64,000 nucleotides of DNA, from assembly GCA_002269645.1 (NCBI GenBank), contig NIVC01000396.1, forward strand, positions 62,001-126,000, read 5' to 3'. This document shows, in pieces, positions 1-18,789 of this stretch. A model generated the notes under the pieces. It made no database searches and had not been told where the DNA came from. It was given only the letters and a program-made list of their open reading frames with translations. Every line of letters starts with the position of its first letter. Within the stretch, counting starts at the first letter, position 1. This stretch comes from Macrostomum lignano. Taxonomy: Eukaryota. A program made the position numbers and the translations under genes.

Positions 1-281
1 TTAGCTGAAAGCATGGGCTTTACGTTTTAATCATTCAAAATACTTAAATATACACTTGTCTCTTTGTTCTAGCTTACCTTTTTCGTCTCAAAATTTTTCA
101 CAGAAACTAGGTTGTGATTTTTAACTTAGATTTTCTTAGAAACAAATGACTTGATCATTTTATATTGAAGCTTGTTTAATTTGCCAAGCTCTGTATTTAA
201 TTATAAAATTGACAAAAAGTCTGTAGTCCGAAAAAAATATATATATAATTTTTAACTAATATTTGTTTTCAAGTCGTATTC

Positions 282-2314
282 ATGAATTTTTATCGTCGCT
301 TTATCACGGAATTAGTTCCTGATACTCTACGAAATGTTACTGTGCCTGATAGCTTCTTTGGAATTTTTAAACTTTCAGGTACGTCAATTATTTAATATTT
401 TTAAGTGATGTTCTTTTTAACGAGACAAAAACTATGAATAAAAAGTAGCATAACTGCCAACCAACCAACCAACGTTGCTGTTAATTTTTCAACATAATGA
501 AAGCAAATTTTGTTGACACTTGTTTCCAGCATTCAATTTATCTAACTAAGATAAATCTGGTTATCTGGTTGCACCCGACCTGAATTTATAGTAACTTAAT
601 AAAAAATGTTATGAAATAGCAGTTGGTCAGAAATTGGCCTTATAGGCTGAATGCCATTATTGTATAAAATTTTCTATTGCCATATTAGTAGTAAATATAT
701 TATATTTCATTATGATCTTAAATAATAGTAATCCGCATTCTGGATCATGTAGTATACCTGTATATGCCAGGGTATCTGTGGTAACTTTAGGCATGCAAGG
801 CCAATGCATGCCCAAATTTTCTGGCATATTTTTTCTGGCATTGAATAGGTGTGCACAGTTGGCATATATGACTTAAAAAATAGTATATATATATATACCT
901 AGCATGCAATCCATGGAATAACATGGAAAAGTTAGTGTTAAGTGGATAAAAGATTAAAATATTCATATTTCAGCATAAATTTCTAACTTTTTGGCTTTTA
1001 AGCTTATTAATAATGTATTAAAACAAATGTTTATACATATTGATTTTCTGCTATAAATTGTATAAAACAAGAAAGATAAATAATCAACCAAATTATAAAC
1101 CAAAAAGATCATTTATTGTCGCAACACAGGCCTAGATTTGAGAAAGTGAGCTTGTACTCAATTTTTGCATGCATTTCTAACTCTTCAATTTGTTGTTTGG
1201 GTTGCACCTAGCATAGTTTGGACTTTGGTTAACAATTACTTAATAATTGAATAACTCACACTAGAAACTTCTATCATAGTTTATATACAGTGTAGCTAAA
1301 TAATTAGGAGATATGAGGAGTAGCCTTATCCTTTTAGCATGAGCTTTAAAAGGATTACAAAGATAACCTACAAATACCAGAATAACTAAATAAGCCACTC
1401 AGAGCACATCTGTATACAAGCTACTTTCAGTTCAGTAGTGTAAGTTAAAATGAAGCATTTTATGTATTTTTAAAGATAAGGTTCATTTACTGGCTTTTAC
1501 TTCCAAGTTTTAACACTCAAACTTTATGCAGAACCTCTATCCTCACCCTATCACCCAATTTTTATTACCCTCCTCAGTTGTTCTAGTTCTAGCCTACTAA
1601 GCGTACTAAGTATATGCTTGAGTGGCCTATCTAGTCATTTTAGTATCTGTGGGTAACCAATCAAATTTGTTAATAAAATATAGGCTTACCCCTTTATCCC
1701 TAAGAGCTGCTCCCTTTCTTATCATCTTCATTGCATTATTATATAATTCTATTCATTCTATTTCTAGTTACCATGCATACAAAGGTTTATGAATGTTCAC
1801 TTATATTTCAATAAGTAGTATAAGTTAAAAACAGTTTTCATTTTATCTTTGGAGTTGCTTCAAAATAGACCCATGTATGATAGAATTTTTTGGTTTTTGA
1901 ATAATTTTCTACAATTGCAATCTACTTTTAACAGGCATATGACATTTCACTGAAATTAACTAATTGATATTCTTGCTTATTGATTTCACAGCATCTGAGC
2001 TTGCTAAGCTGACGCTGTTCACTGGTGCATCTGGTTTCCTAGCCTACTCTGTGTACACCACCTGTCGCTACAAATTCTCCAGCAAGTCTGCTGGCAGCAG
2101 TGCCAGCAGCCACAGCCAGCCAGTGAACTGGAGTGTGCAGAAGGACAAAGACAAGGTTGTGAACACGGTGGACATTGAAGAGATCTCTGGCGACAAAGTG
2201 TGCATGTGCAGGTGCTGGCGGTCCAAGCAGTTTCCCTACTGCGATGGGACGCACAATCAGCACAACAAGGACACTGGAGACAATGTCGGCCCGCTCATTG
2301 TGAAGAAGGGCTAA
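282..2314 (+). CDS. CISD2: CDGSH iron-sulfur domain protein (CISD2/Miner1-type NEET protein), 2 exons
   Basis: join(282..378,1992..2314). Exon 1 [32 protein letters not shown] ends G|GTACGT (phase 1) and joins acceptor TTTCACAG in frame. Product has an N-terminal membrane segment and [16 protein letters not shown]...GDNVGPL; the N-terminal extension fits CISD2 better than CISD1. Confidence 0.9.
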
Positions 2315-2799
2315 CTGAGCGCCACTGCACTGCTCAAAGTAGATGGAATGGACACGCTGTTGAGAACTTGAAAGTTTATAAATGTCATACAGAATGACAA
2401 CAAACTTTCAAGCATTTTCTAAGAAAAGTGTCCTCATCTTTGCTTGGAGTTCCACCTAAAGGGACTTGCCAGTCCATTGTGCACCTCCATCAAACATCTC
2501 TCTGTACTGCTGCAATCCCCATTAATGACTCTCTGATTCAAAATACCTGACTACACCTGTGCAGATGTGTTCACACCTCTGAACTGAAATCATTGACGCC
2601 CAACTAGCAGCAACGCCTAGCTAACGTTGATTATTGGTTTGTTCCACATCTGTTCTTATAATGTTATTTAGTTTGTTTGGCTAGCGAAAAATATAAATTG
2701 CTCTCAAATACGAGTTGACCTGGTGGTCATTTACGACTCAATTTTCGATTGCAAATAAGTTCTTAGTTGCATTTGGTTAACTTCACGTTTTACTTAGAT

Positions 2800-3404
2800 C
2801 ACGGAGGACATAGCACGACGCAGGGCGCTTGCCTGGGGCGCATTCCGCACCGTGCGGACTGTCCTGCAGAGCCCCGCCCTGCCGGATCGGCTGAGAGGGC
2901 GGCTGTTCCAGGCCGTCATTGAAACCGTCCTCCTTTACAATGCTGAAACGTGGACACTGACCGGCCCGCAGGAGCGGCAACTCGACGCCGTTCACGCTGG
3001 ACTCCTGAGAGCCGCCTTCAGTGTCCACTACTCGCCGACCGCCACCACCAACACCAGCAATGACGAGTTATACCGACGGGCCCAGCTCTCCCGACCCAGC
3101 CCTGCGCATCCGGCGCCTACAGCTGGCCAGCCAGGTCATCCGGGCAGAGCAGTACTGCCCTGAGCCGCTTCAAGACGTGCTGCTGCTATCCCTTCAAGGG
3201 CCGCGGCGGCTTGGTCAGGCGAGAAGTCCGCGTTTCGTCGACCTGCTTTTAAGAGCCGCTGAAATCTCCAACCCCCGCGGACTCGCTATTCTGCGCAAAT
3301 CTGCGCTTGCGCGCGCCTTTTGACAACCCAACCCAACTTGGCTTGCCTGGGCAAGTGGGCAAGCCAAGTTGCGTTGCTATAGTTTGTTGTTGTTGTTGTT
3401 GTTG
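2800..3404 (+). mobile_element. 5'-truncated non-LTR retrotransposon (RTE/L2-like RT C-terminal region), frameshifted
   Basis: Reads TEDIARRRALAWGAFRTVRTVL...RLFQAVIETVLLYNAETWTLT...QLDAVHAGLLRAAF, typical of the post-RT region of LINEs. Frame changes near 3090-3105. 3' hairpin 3334-3371, (TTG)n tail 3384-3404, possible 6-bp TSD TTAGAT (2794-2799 / 3405-3410). Confidence 0.75.
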
Positions 3405-4068
3405 TTAGATAAAAATAAGTTATAAATAATTCTGCCCATCCCGCGGACTCCTTGAGCAAATGCAATCGCGCCAATACTCACGCAGACGCTCACAAAGGGT
3501 GTGCAGCGGCCCTTTGAATTTCTAATCGTCAGATATGTACACTCAATCTGTGCCTTCGTGGGTTGGCCCTCGTTGTTGTGTGAATCGCACGACCACTCGC
3601 GGCTAATTTTGGGTGCCCAAGCCCCAAAGACGACGGACAAGCATCCAAGACGATCTGCAAAGGGCTTATTTTGCATTTTTTAATAGTTCACCTCGATTTC
3701 AACCGTGTCAGCGAGTTCTTACTCCAGTCTGCATCGAATCTAATTAACTTCGAAGACCTTCTTTGACACCTGTAGGATAGAAATGACTGAGCTACTTCAG
3801 AACGCTGTTACACATGTACGAGCGTAGCCTAAATTAAACGGAATTCATGTCTACTGTAAACTCTTACATATATTTACTCTGTTGCAGGCGTCTATTTGAA
3901 GTCGGCATTCGCACATTTTTGGATTAAGCAACGGAAATAGAAAAGCGGTTTCACAGAAGAGCATCTTGTTCTTTAAAACATTAAAAAGTCATTGTTTTAA
4001 ACTTTCGCCGAGATATTTAAAGGACACCAGTGAGCACAGGTTAAGCTACATGTATGCAGCCATCGGGC

Positions 4069-6607
4069 TCATGAGAACACCAGCATCCGGGTGGCCGACA
4101 GGAGGTCCGTAACGGTCTTGAGGTACTGGAAGTCCACCTCGGCCACCCTGTCCTTGGCCTCTTGGCTGCTGAACTCTTGGAACGAATTGTAGAAATCCGC
4201 GTGATAACCAACCGCCTCGTCCGGCTCGTCGCTGAACTCCTCGGCGAACTCCTTGATCTTGAGCCGGCGGACGTGTCTCCGGGTGACGGTGAATAGGTAA
4301 TAGTCATCTTCGTTAACCGAGCAGTCCTCCATGTGCTCGCAGGCCTGTGGGACGTCAATTTTCGATGTTTTCGATGCTAAACTAATAAGATGACGAGGTT
4401 TTCAACGAATCAAAGGTTGCTCCCGCCGTTCACTCTTTACTGTGGCTTATAAAAATCCTAATAAGTCAAATGGGTGATCAAGTCCTATGACGTTTGCGCA
4501 TAGCCAATTTCATTACTGCATGTAGAGAACTCTCAGGGTGCGGTATCTATAGGGTTTGACCCAATTTGAAAATAATTCACCTGTACGATGAGCGAATCGC
4601 GATCCTTGATTTCCGAGTTCCAGCGGCTCCAGGCAAAAGCCATGGCTGGGCTGAGCAGGGCCATCTGCTCGTAGAGGCGCTGTTCTGCAATGCTGCTCTT
4701 GTCGGGCACATCCACGTGCTTGGACGAGTCCTCGCGCGGGAACAGGTTAACGCCTGCGGCACGCAGACAGGCGATGAGGCTTCTGACAGGCATCCATTTG
4801 CCCTCCAGGTGCGAAAGCTCCCGCTTGCCCAGCTGCACCTCCGGATCTGCTTCCGGACTGTCTTCAGCCGCGTCTGATGGCGTCTCCGGGATGCAGACCA
4901 GGTCCTCCTTGACATTGATTGCCACTTCGTTGATACTGGCGATGATGCTCAGCCGGCAGCTGCGGGTGCCGAGCGGCCGAAGCTCCCACTGCTGGAATGG
5001 CATATTGATGTGGAAGTCCTGCAGGAAGCCCAGAGTGCCGAACACCGAAGTGCGGAAATTCAGGACGCGCTTGTCCTCGTCGAATTTGGTCACCTCGATG
5101 CCGTCCGTGCGCCACTCCTTGCGCTCGGCGTCCCAGCAAGCCACCTTAGGTTCCTCGGCATAGAACACATTCGATGGGAGCTTGAAGCTCACCGAAATTG
5201 GCGGATTCTCAATCTCTGGCTGCTTCTTGTTGGCTGCTTGCTGCTGCGTGCTGGTGGCGGTGAGTTGGTTGCTCACAGTCGTTGGGTTGCTGCCTTCAGT
5301 CACCGAATTCACGTCGCCGGCTTCGTCGGGCTGCTGCAGCTCCTCGAGTTCCTTGCGCACAATCGGCTGGGGGTGATAGTCGAAGCTCACTGGCTGAGGC
5401 GGCACCAGGTGCTGCACGATCGTCCAGCCGCGTTTGTTCTGCGGCTGCGGCGGCAGCTGGAGAATGTTGAACTGCATCACCGGGCCGATTGTGTGATACC
5501 CGCGAAGATCCATTGCGTCCTCTTCGCCATCGAAGTCCTCGAACTCCATTGGTGGTGGCGACACGCAGAGGTCCTCTTCAGGCGTCTCGAGCTCCTCCTC
5601 CGGCTCGGGCTCTGGCTCCTTCTCCTCCGGCTCCTCGCCGTCCATTCGCTGCAGCTCCGCCATCAGGTCCATAGTCGGTTCCCGGACCGGCTCTTCTTCC
5701 ACCTGCTCTTCTCCCTTCTCAGCTCCTTCGCCCTCGCCCTCCGCCTCGTCCGCCGCTTCGGCCTCCTCGACAACTGGCTCCACCTCTTCTTCCTTTTTGA
5801 TTGGTACAGCGTAGAAACTGGCCGACTGGGGCGAGTAATGGTCGAAGGTGGTGAGCAGGAACTGGTAGGCGCAACCAACCTTTGTCAACGCCTTGGGAAT
5901 GTCGAAGCCGATGCCGGACTCGGGGAACTCGAATGTCTTGATGCGCGGATTCTTGCTAAGGTTGCCCCACAGGCACAGGCAGATCGTGTCGCTGCGCCAC
6001 ACGGCCTGCAGGTTCATGGTCTCGGAGTCTGCCGCGTTGGCGCCCCGCCTCAGCATCTCGTAGGTTGCCCGGCTGAGCTTCTGCTGCAGCAGCGCCTGCA
6101 GATCGGCGATGGTGCCGCGGTACTGCCGCACCTGCTCCGGACTGGCTTCATCATCAGCCAGGTGGTCCTCGAGCTCGGCGATTAAGCCCAGACAGGGCTT
6201 GGAGTCTTCAAGCACGTCCTCGATAAGCACCCGCTTGTCGTCCTCGCGCCAGGCCACCATGTAGGTGTTGATCTCGGGCAGCACCACCGGGTCCGGAGAG
6301 CCGTCGCAGCGCAGGTAGCGTCGCCAGCGCTCGTCGCGGCGCAGAGCGGCAAAATGGGCATCCCGGCTGGCGTGGTAGCCGCCAAGCAGAGCGCGCAGCT
6401 GGGCCAGCTCCACTATGCGCACCTTCTGCTCCGCCTTCTCCCGCTTCTTGCGCTCTTCGCCTCCGTTTTCTCGCGTTTCCTGCGCTCCCGCTCCTCTTGC
6501 TCCTGGCGAATTCGCTCCTCCTCCTCTGCTATTCGTCTGCGCTCCTCGGCCTCGCGCTTTCGCTTCTCCTTGTCACCCTTGCCGCCCTTCTTGCCAGATG
6601 ATGGCAT
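4069..6607 (-). CDS. DNAI7: Dynein axonemal intermediate chain 7 / CASC1 (Las1) homolog, 2 exons, with a 1-nt frameshift near the N-terminus
   Basis: complement(join(4069..4344,4581..6607)). N-terminal K/E/R coiled coil, then ERWRRYLRCDGSPDP..EINTY, LCLWGNLSKNPR, FLQDFHINMPFQQWELRP and C-terminal LLSATRMLVFS. Intron CAG|GTGAAT...CCACAG|GCC is phase 0. Frames 6413..6607 and 4533..6422 differ by one base at ~6450-6470. Confidence 0.85.
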
Positions 6608-8530
6608 GCTGCTGAGCTGCTGTGGGGTCTTTTATATATACGATGGGCCAACTCTTCACAAATTGCGTTTTCTGCTGCTTCTGGCCGGAAGCCGGATGCC
6701 AGGGGACAAGGCTCTGGCGGGAACAAGGAGCAACTTCAACAATGCTTTCTGCAGGCACGCAGCACAATGGGCCTGTCTAACCGATTGCTGAGTGCTGGCT
6801 TCTCGGCTAAAGAATGCAAATTTGAGAAGTGCTGTAGAAAAAATTCTATCGTTGCTTCAGTTTTGAATTGGCGGGCCGGCTCGCGCTGTTGTCAGGGGCA
6901 ACGTTGGACGGGGCAGCCGCGTACACTGTGGGGCGGTGGGGCAGGCCGTACAGACCTGCTGTCTGCCCCAGGTGTATCTTCTGTCCTCACTCACTCTGCT
7001 CTCTTTCTCTCTCTCTTCTCAGGCCAGTGAACGGAGCAGGCTTAGAATGTTAGTAGTGTGTCGCATGAAGCCAAGCCTTGTCACCAGGTCGTGCTTTTTT
7101 ACCTCTATTCTTGTGTAGAATGAAGAATAGCAGCTGTTCATTGCTGAACGTACTTACTCAATAAACATTCGCGCATCGTCCTGCTCATATCATCGAGCTA
7201 TCGACGAATCAAATTTTCCATAGTTGGATTAGATTCAGCTCTATAAAGTGAGAAAAGAGAATCGATGTTTATAAATAATAAGCCATTTCCAATCAGACTA
7301 CTACTAGTAATCTAATAAGACGAGCATACCGCAGAAAAAGAAGCAGATTTTGTAAGCCTTTTGTAGGCTTCAGCCTACAAAATTAACAGCTAACATATTA
7401 AAATGTAGCTCCCCCTGGTTCCGCAGACTTTTAACATTTAATTACATCGAACTTTATTGAATTGTTTCAAAAAAGTTTATGGCTGCAAGCTATAGCCAAT
7501 TTATGAACTCTTGAGTTTTCTGGCACCTGTGGTGCCACCTCTCAGTACTGCAACAAAAACCACTTGGGAGTGCGCGCATGGGGTGTATATATAGGGTGTA
7601 CACATTGAAACCAATTGCGAAGGGTCGAGCCACGGATAACTGAAGTAGGACTGCTAAACTCGATTTTCTTAGAAATTAGCTGGGCGGTAAGGAAAGCATA
7701 CCTGTCGTATCGCTATCGCTAGTGCATTTTGCATGCTCTCTAGGAAACGAATTAACGCTGAATGGGGGGTTTTGCCATAGAGCCCGCCGAGATTTGCCCG
7801 CAATGCTTAGTAACTCTTTAAAAGATTTATCCGACCAAAACGTTTTGATGGTAACTGGGGTACATCTGTGAGCTATTAGTTCATGCATATGCCATGTCGC
7901 TCTGTCCCTAATTCTCTTTATTAAGACTTACTAAGCACTGGGAGGCAACGCAGACAAAATCTGCCGCGTGGCTAGATACGCTGCAGGAAAAAAGCATTGT
8001 GGGCAAAGTTTCATCGGGAAAAGCTCGGTGGGCAATACGTCTGCGGGCAATTCTCATGGAACCCCCAATATATGTCCGATATATCCAACAATGTCCAATA
8101 TAGTATAACACACAAGTTCGTTGCACGAGTTCGCTCCGCGGTCTATTATTGAATCTGCAGTTATAAAAAGATTGATTTGATAATATGTACAAGAAGGAAT
8201 ACGCTACTTATTTAGTAAGTACGGATAAAAGCCTCCCGAAACTATAAATAGATTGTATACATTATTACCCGGTGCAAAAGTCGAACAAATAAAACAAATA
8301 ACATTTTGAAATAGATTTACATCAGTAGATTGAGTTGAAAATAGCGAATGCAAGTCAATGTTGACCCAGCATAGCCATATCCAATCCACGTATAGCTATA
8401 GGCTTCTCCATCTTTAAGGGTCATGTCAACGGTAATTTTTACACCCATTGTGCTGCTGCTTCACCTTTAGCTTCCACAATGAGCTTCAGCCCACATCCTT
8501 TTTACCGATGCGCTGCTTATTTGGTGTCAT

Positions 8531-9634
<1,104 letters not shown>

Positions 9635-9761
9635 CTAGACTTCATCTCAATATTTGAATAAAACTTCCTTATCAAGCGTAAATGATACACGTAGCACTTG
9701 TCTATGGCTGGAACTGAATTAGCTTTTAGTTGAAAATTTGTTCCGATAACTCGTTTAACGA

Positions 9762-10450
9762 TTGGCTGGTTTGGTTAGTTGGTTGGATGACTGGTGTGTT
9801 AGCTGGTTTGGTTAGTTGGTTGGATGACTGGTGTGTTAGCTGGTTTGGTTAGTTGGTTGGATGACTGGTGTGTTAGCTGGTTTGGTTAGTTGGTTGGATG
9901 ACTGGTGTGTTAGCTGGTTTGGTTAGTTGGTTGGATGACTGGTGTGTTAGCTGGTTTGGTTAGTTGGTTGGATGACTGGTGTGTTAGCTGGTTTGGTTAG
10001 TTGGTTGGATGACTGGTGTGTTAGCTGGTTTGGTTAGTTGGTTGGATGACTGGCGTGTTAGCTGGTCTGGTTAGTTGGTTGGAGACTGTGTGTTAGCTGG
10101 TTTGGTTAGTTGGTTGGATGACTGGCGTGTTAGCTGGTCTGGTTAGTTGGTTGGATGACTGGTGTGTTAGCTGGTTTGGTTATAGTTGGTTGGAGGACTG
10201 TGTGTGTGTTAGCTGGTTGGTTGTTAGTTGGTTGGATAACTGGTGTGTTAGCTGGTTTGGTTAGTTGGTTGGATGACGGTGTGTGTTAGCTGGTTGGTTG
10301 TTAGTTGGTTGGATAACTGGTGTGTTAGCTGGTTTGGTTAGTTGGTTGGATGACGGTGTGTGTTAGCTGGTTGGTTGTTAGTTGGTTGGATGACTGTGTG
10401 TGTTAGCTGGTTGGTTGTTAGATGGTTGGATAACTGGTGTGTTGGCTGGT
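9762..10450. repeat. 37-bp minisatellite (GGTTGGATGACTGGTGTGTTAGCTGGTTTGGTTAGTT), ~18 units
   Basis: Period 37 read directly (9781 to 9818); degenerates toward the 3' end. Confidence 0.95.
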
Positions 10451-10766
10451 TAGCTCCAGTTCTGTTTTCAATGTGCTGCGCTTGCTGCACTGAAAATAAA
10501 CTAGCAATTAATTAATAACGAAACTAAGGCTTACTCAGTTCAATGGGATGGTCGCAGCTGCAGGTAGCTCTTGGATTCCGAACAGACGGTGGGCTCAAGA
10601 CGACTCCTTCAGGTCACGATCTCGCTTTGCACCTTTTGCACCTTGAGCGTTTAGCTGAGTTTTATCTCGTATCTTGGTCAGCTCAGAGGGATAGCGGTTG
10701 CCAAGAGGGTCCAAAATGCGGCGTGGGGACTTTAAACACGACTCCGTCGCCTTTTGCATTCATTAC

Positions 10767-10916
10767 CTGCCAGCTGCTCTGTCCAATATAGTCCAATCCA
10801 ATCCAATAGTGCCTTGTGTGACCGAACTGATAAAGGAAAGCGAGGCGCCAGCCATTTGCGAATTGGCTGCTCGATAACAAGTCGAGGAGTGGCGCCTGTG
10901 TGGTTGGGGGTGTGCG
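10767..10916 (-). pseudogene. Possible orphan exon of a C-type-lectin-like gene or pseudogene
   Basis: 150-nt phase 0-0 segment between TTTTAG and CAG|GTAATG encoding ...GHTRHYWIGLDYIGQSSWQ (WIGL motif). A downstream CSESKSY-like fragment is interrupted by stops. Confidence 0.25.
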
Positions 10917-11084
10917 CTAAAATACTTCGAAGAAATTCATTTCTGGGAGTGGCCCGACCGGCAGGGGTGAAGAAATCTAATTAGTCTATTTGAGATCTTC
11001 TTGTTGCTGTTTCGTTGAGCAGCTGCAAGAGCTGCTAACCTTTAGAGCAAGCTCTGCTTTGCTGCTCTTTTTGTTACTTGTCTC

Positions 11085-11375
11085 ACCTGTCTCACCTTTA
11101 TCTCACTTTGATCTCACCTACCTCACCTTTATCTCACTTTGATCTCACATGTCTCACCTTTTTCTCACTTTGATCTCACGTCTCATCTTTGTCTCCCCTT
11201 TATCTCACTTTGATCTCACATATCTCACCTTTATCTCACTTTGATCTCACATATCTCACCTTTATCTCACTTTGATCTCACATGCCCCACCTTTATCTCA
11301 TTCTGATCTCACATGTCTCACCTTTATCTCGCTTTGATCTCACATGTCTCACCTTTATCTCACTCTGATCTCACC
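11085..11375. repeat. ~31-bp TCTCAC-rich minisatellite, ~9 units
   Basis: Repeats of TTTATCTCACTTTGATCTCACATATCTCACC. Confidence 0.85.
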
Positions 11376-11761
11376 TGTTCAAATTTTCGATCCAACTATC
11401 TCTACTCCATCTCATATATTTTGCATAATCTAACATATTCCCACGAGCGTATTCTCTCCCATCTCTCTCTTATATCAATCGACAAGAATAAATAACAAGA
11501 ATTAGTGCGCAATATTCAATTCATTTAAATTTATTTTAAGGCTAGCTGCTTTTAGACTTGGCGGTGCAGCAGTTTGCCATGGACTCCTGAAATACTGGCC
11601 TCCTCGCTGCTAGCTGATATCAGACATATCTTGGAAAAACTGGTAGGCTTAAAAAACAATAAATTTCAACCGGAGACAACCGCGCCAATGGATACGACTG
11701 TTGCAGAAGATAAGAAAGAAGCATTTAAAATTTCTACAAAAAACCTGCCGAGCCAATCTTA

Positions 11762-16557
<4,796 letters not shown>

Positions 16558-17019
16558 AACAGGGCTATCACTCCTGCCAGAGCTTCGCTATTTTATTTTT
16601 CGATCCATGCACTGGCTGGACGTGACCTTTTTGATTCGATGTTTCTAGCCCAGATTTTTGTAAAGTCAATCATTTTAGATTTTCGATTTTCTGCATGTCC
16701 GAAGTTCAAATCAGCCATTAATCTATACAAATATATATCTTATTCAACCGACTCTTTTTTGTCGCAGTGTAATACATCTTAACGAAACATTTAAAGAATT
16801 GATGCCCATTAGTTAAATTGTGACACTACTTAAAGTATTACAGACAGGCCATTAGTCGCGGGTTTTTAACTAGAAGAAATGATTTTAATGTCAGTTTGGC
16901 TGAACAAATCCACTATAATGCACTAAAAAGGAGATCTAAAATGTTTGGCGGAAACTTCTTGCGAAGCAATGCCTTCATCTCTTTCCTTTACCACTCTCTC
17001 CAGCTCCCCACTCTCACTT

Positions 17020-17965
17020 CCTTACTCTCCCTTCCCCACTCTCCATTGCCACTCTCCCTTCCCCACTCTCCCTTCCCCACTCTCCCTTCCCCACTCTCCC
17101 TTCCCCACTCTCCCTTCCCCACTCTCCCTTCCCGACTCTCCCTTCCCCACTCTCTCTTCCCCACTCTCCCTTCCCCACTCTCCCTTCCATACTCTCCCTT
17201 CCCCACTCTCCCTTCCCCACTCTCCCTTCCCCACTCTCCCTTCCCCACTCTCCCTTCCATACTCTCCCTTCCCCACTCTCCCTTCCCCACTCTCCCTTCC
17301 CCACTCTCCCTTCCCCACTCTCCCTTCCCCACTCTCCCTTCCCCACTCTCCCTTCCCCACTCTCCCTTCCCCACTCTCCCTTCCCCACTCTCCCTTCCCC
17401 ACTCTCCCTTCCCCACTCTCCCTTCCCTACTCTCCCTTCCCCACTCTCCCTTCCCCACTCTCCCTTCCCTACTCTCCCTTCCCCACTCTCCCTTCCCCAC
17501 TCTCCCTTCCATACTCTCCCTTCCCCACTCTCCCTTCCCCACTCTCCCTTCCCCACTCTCCCTTCCATACTCTCCCTTCCCCACTCTCCCTTCCATACTC
17601 TCCCTTCCCCACTCTCCCTTCCCTACTCTCCCTTCCCCACTCTCCCTTCCCCACTCTCCCTTCCCCACTCTCCCTTCCCCACTCTCCCTTCCATACTCTC
17701 CCTTCCCTACTCTCTCTTCCCCACTCTCCCTTCCCCACTCTCCCTTCCATACTCTCCCTTCCCCACTCTCCCTTCCCCACTCTCTCTTCCCCACTCTCCC
17801 TTCCCTACTCTCCCTTCCCCACTCTCCCTTCCCCACTCTCCCTTCCCCACTCTCCCTTCCATACTCTCCCTTCCATACTCTCCCTTCCCCACTCTCCCTT
17901 CCCCACTCTCCCTTCCCCACTCTCCCTTCCCCACTCTCCCTTCCCCACTCTCCCTTCCCCACTCT
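17020..17965. repeat. 14-bp (CCTTCCCCACTCTC)n array, ~67 units, G-rich on the minus strand
   Basis: Direct reading; the source of all the spurious LPHSPFPT/GKGEWGRES ORFs. Confidence 0.97.
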
Positions 17966-18789
17966 CTATTCCCTTTTCCCTCCCGTGCATTCGCGAGGTC
18001 TGTTTCTAAATATATTGAGTAAAAAATGTAATTTGATTTGATTCGCGAAATTAAACAAAAAGATTGCAGCCAGGCGCTTGTTTAAATTATCACGAAACAA
18101 AAAATATTGAAAACAGACAACATTTTTATTGTTGCTAAGCATTAAAATCCAACAGAATTCGGCTTCCTATACAGTAAAAAGCATTGCTACAAAAAAGCTT
18201 TTGAAAAAGTTTGAGTCGCCTATGGCAAACTCTATAATCTTTGAAATTGGTTTCAGTATACAGCGTGCTTGGTGATGCACCAGAACAACGCAAATTGAAT
18301 ACTAAAAGTACAAAACCCGTCAGTGGCCTTCAAAAACCAACATCAAAATCCGGGTTGGCTTCAATAAACTGCTTTAGAGAATAAAAGCCGACATGCAAAA
18401 AGTTACTAAAAATCAAAAACAAACAAAAGCTACTAAAAGTAGTGCACTTGTTAAAAAACCGTATGACTTGATCAGGTCAGGCCTTGAGATCCAAGTGTTT
18501 CACTGTAGCTTATGAACTGCGGTGGGTTTTGAGCACTAATAGAAAACTAATGATTGACGCGAGCCGATTATGACAGACGCAATTTTTAGACAAGCACAAA
18601 AGCAGCGAATCTACATTGATAAGCGATTAAACATAATGGCGGCCTCTTCTACAGAATAATTATCATTGAACACGTCTTTAATGAACTCGCCAGCCAAAAA
18701 TGAGTTGGTTGGTCTACCACAGGCCTTTAGCAACACATAGTATTCTCATATATTAGTTGCCTAATCTAAAACCTAAATAAAAGAGAAAT

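Noticed and set aside
6445-6475. Programmed -1 ribosomal frameshift in DNAI7
   Set aside because: No X_XXY_YYZ heptamer in the correct frame; a single-base indel is simpler.
4566-6791. Antisense and alternative-frame ORFs over DNAI7 (also over GRL, ANKRD6, RA-PDZ and kinesin)
   Set aside because: Shadow ORFs expected from GC-rich codon usage; no recognisable motifs.
7580-8400. Possible MITE/DNA-transposon relic (TATAGGGTGTAC..., repeated GGGCAA motifs)
   Set aside because: Could not find a matching second terminus or TSD by eye.
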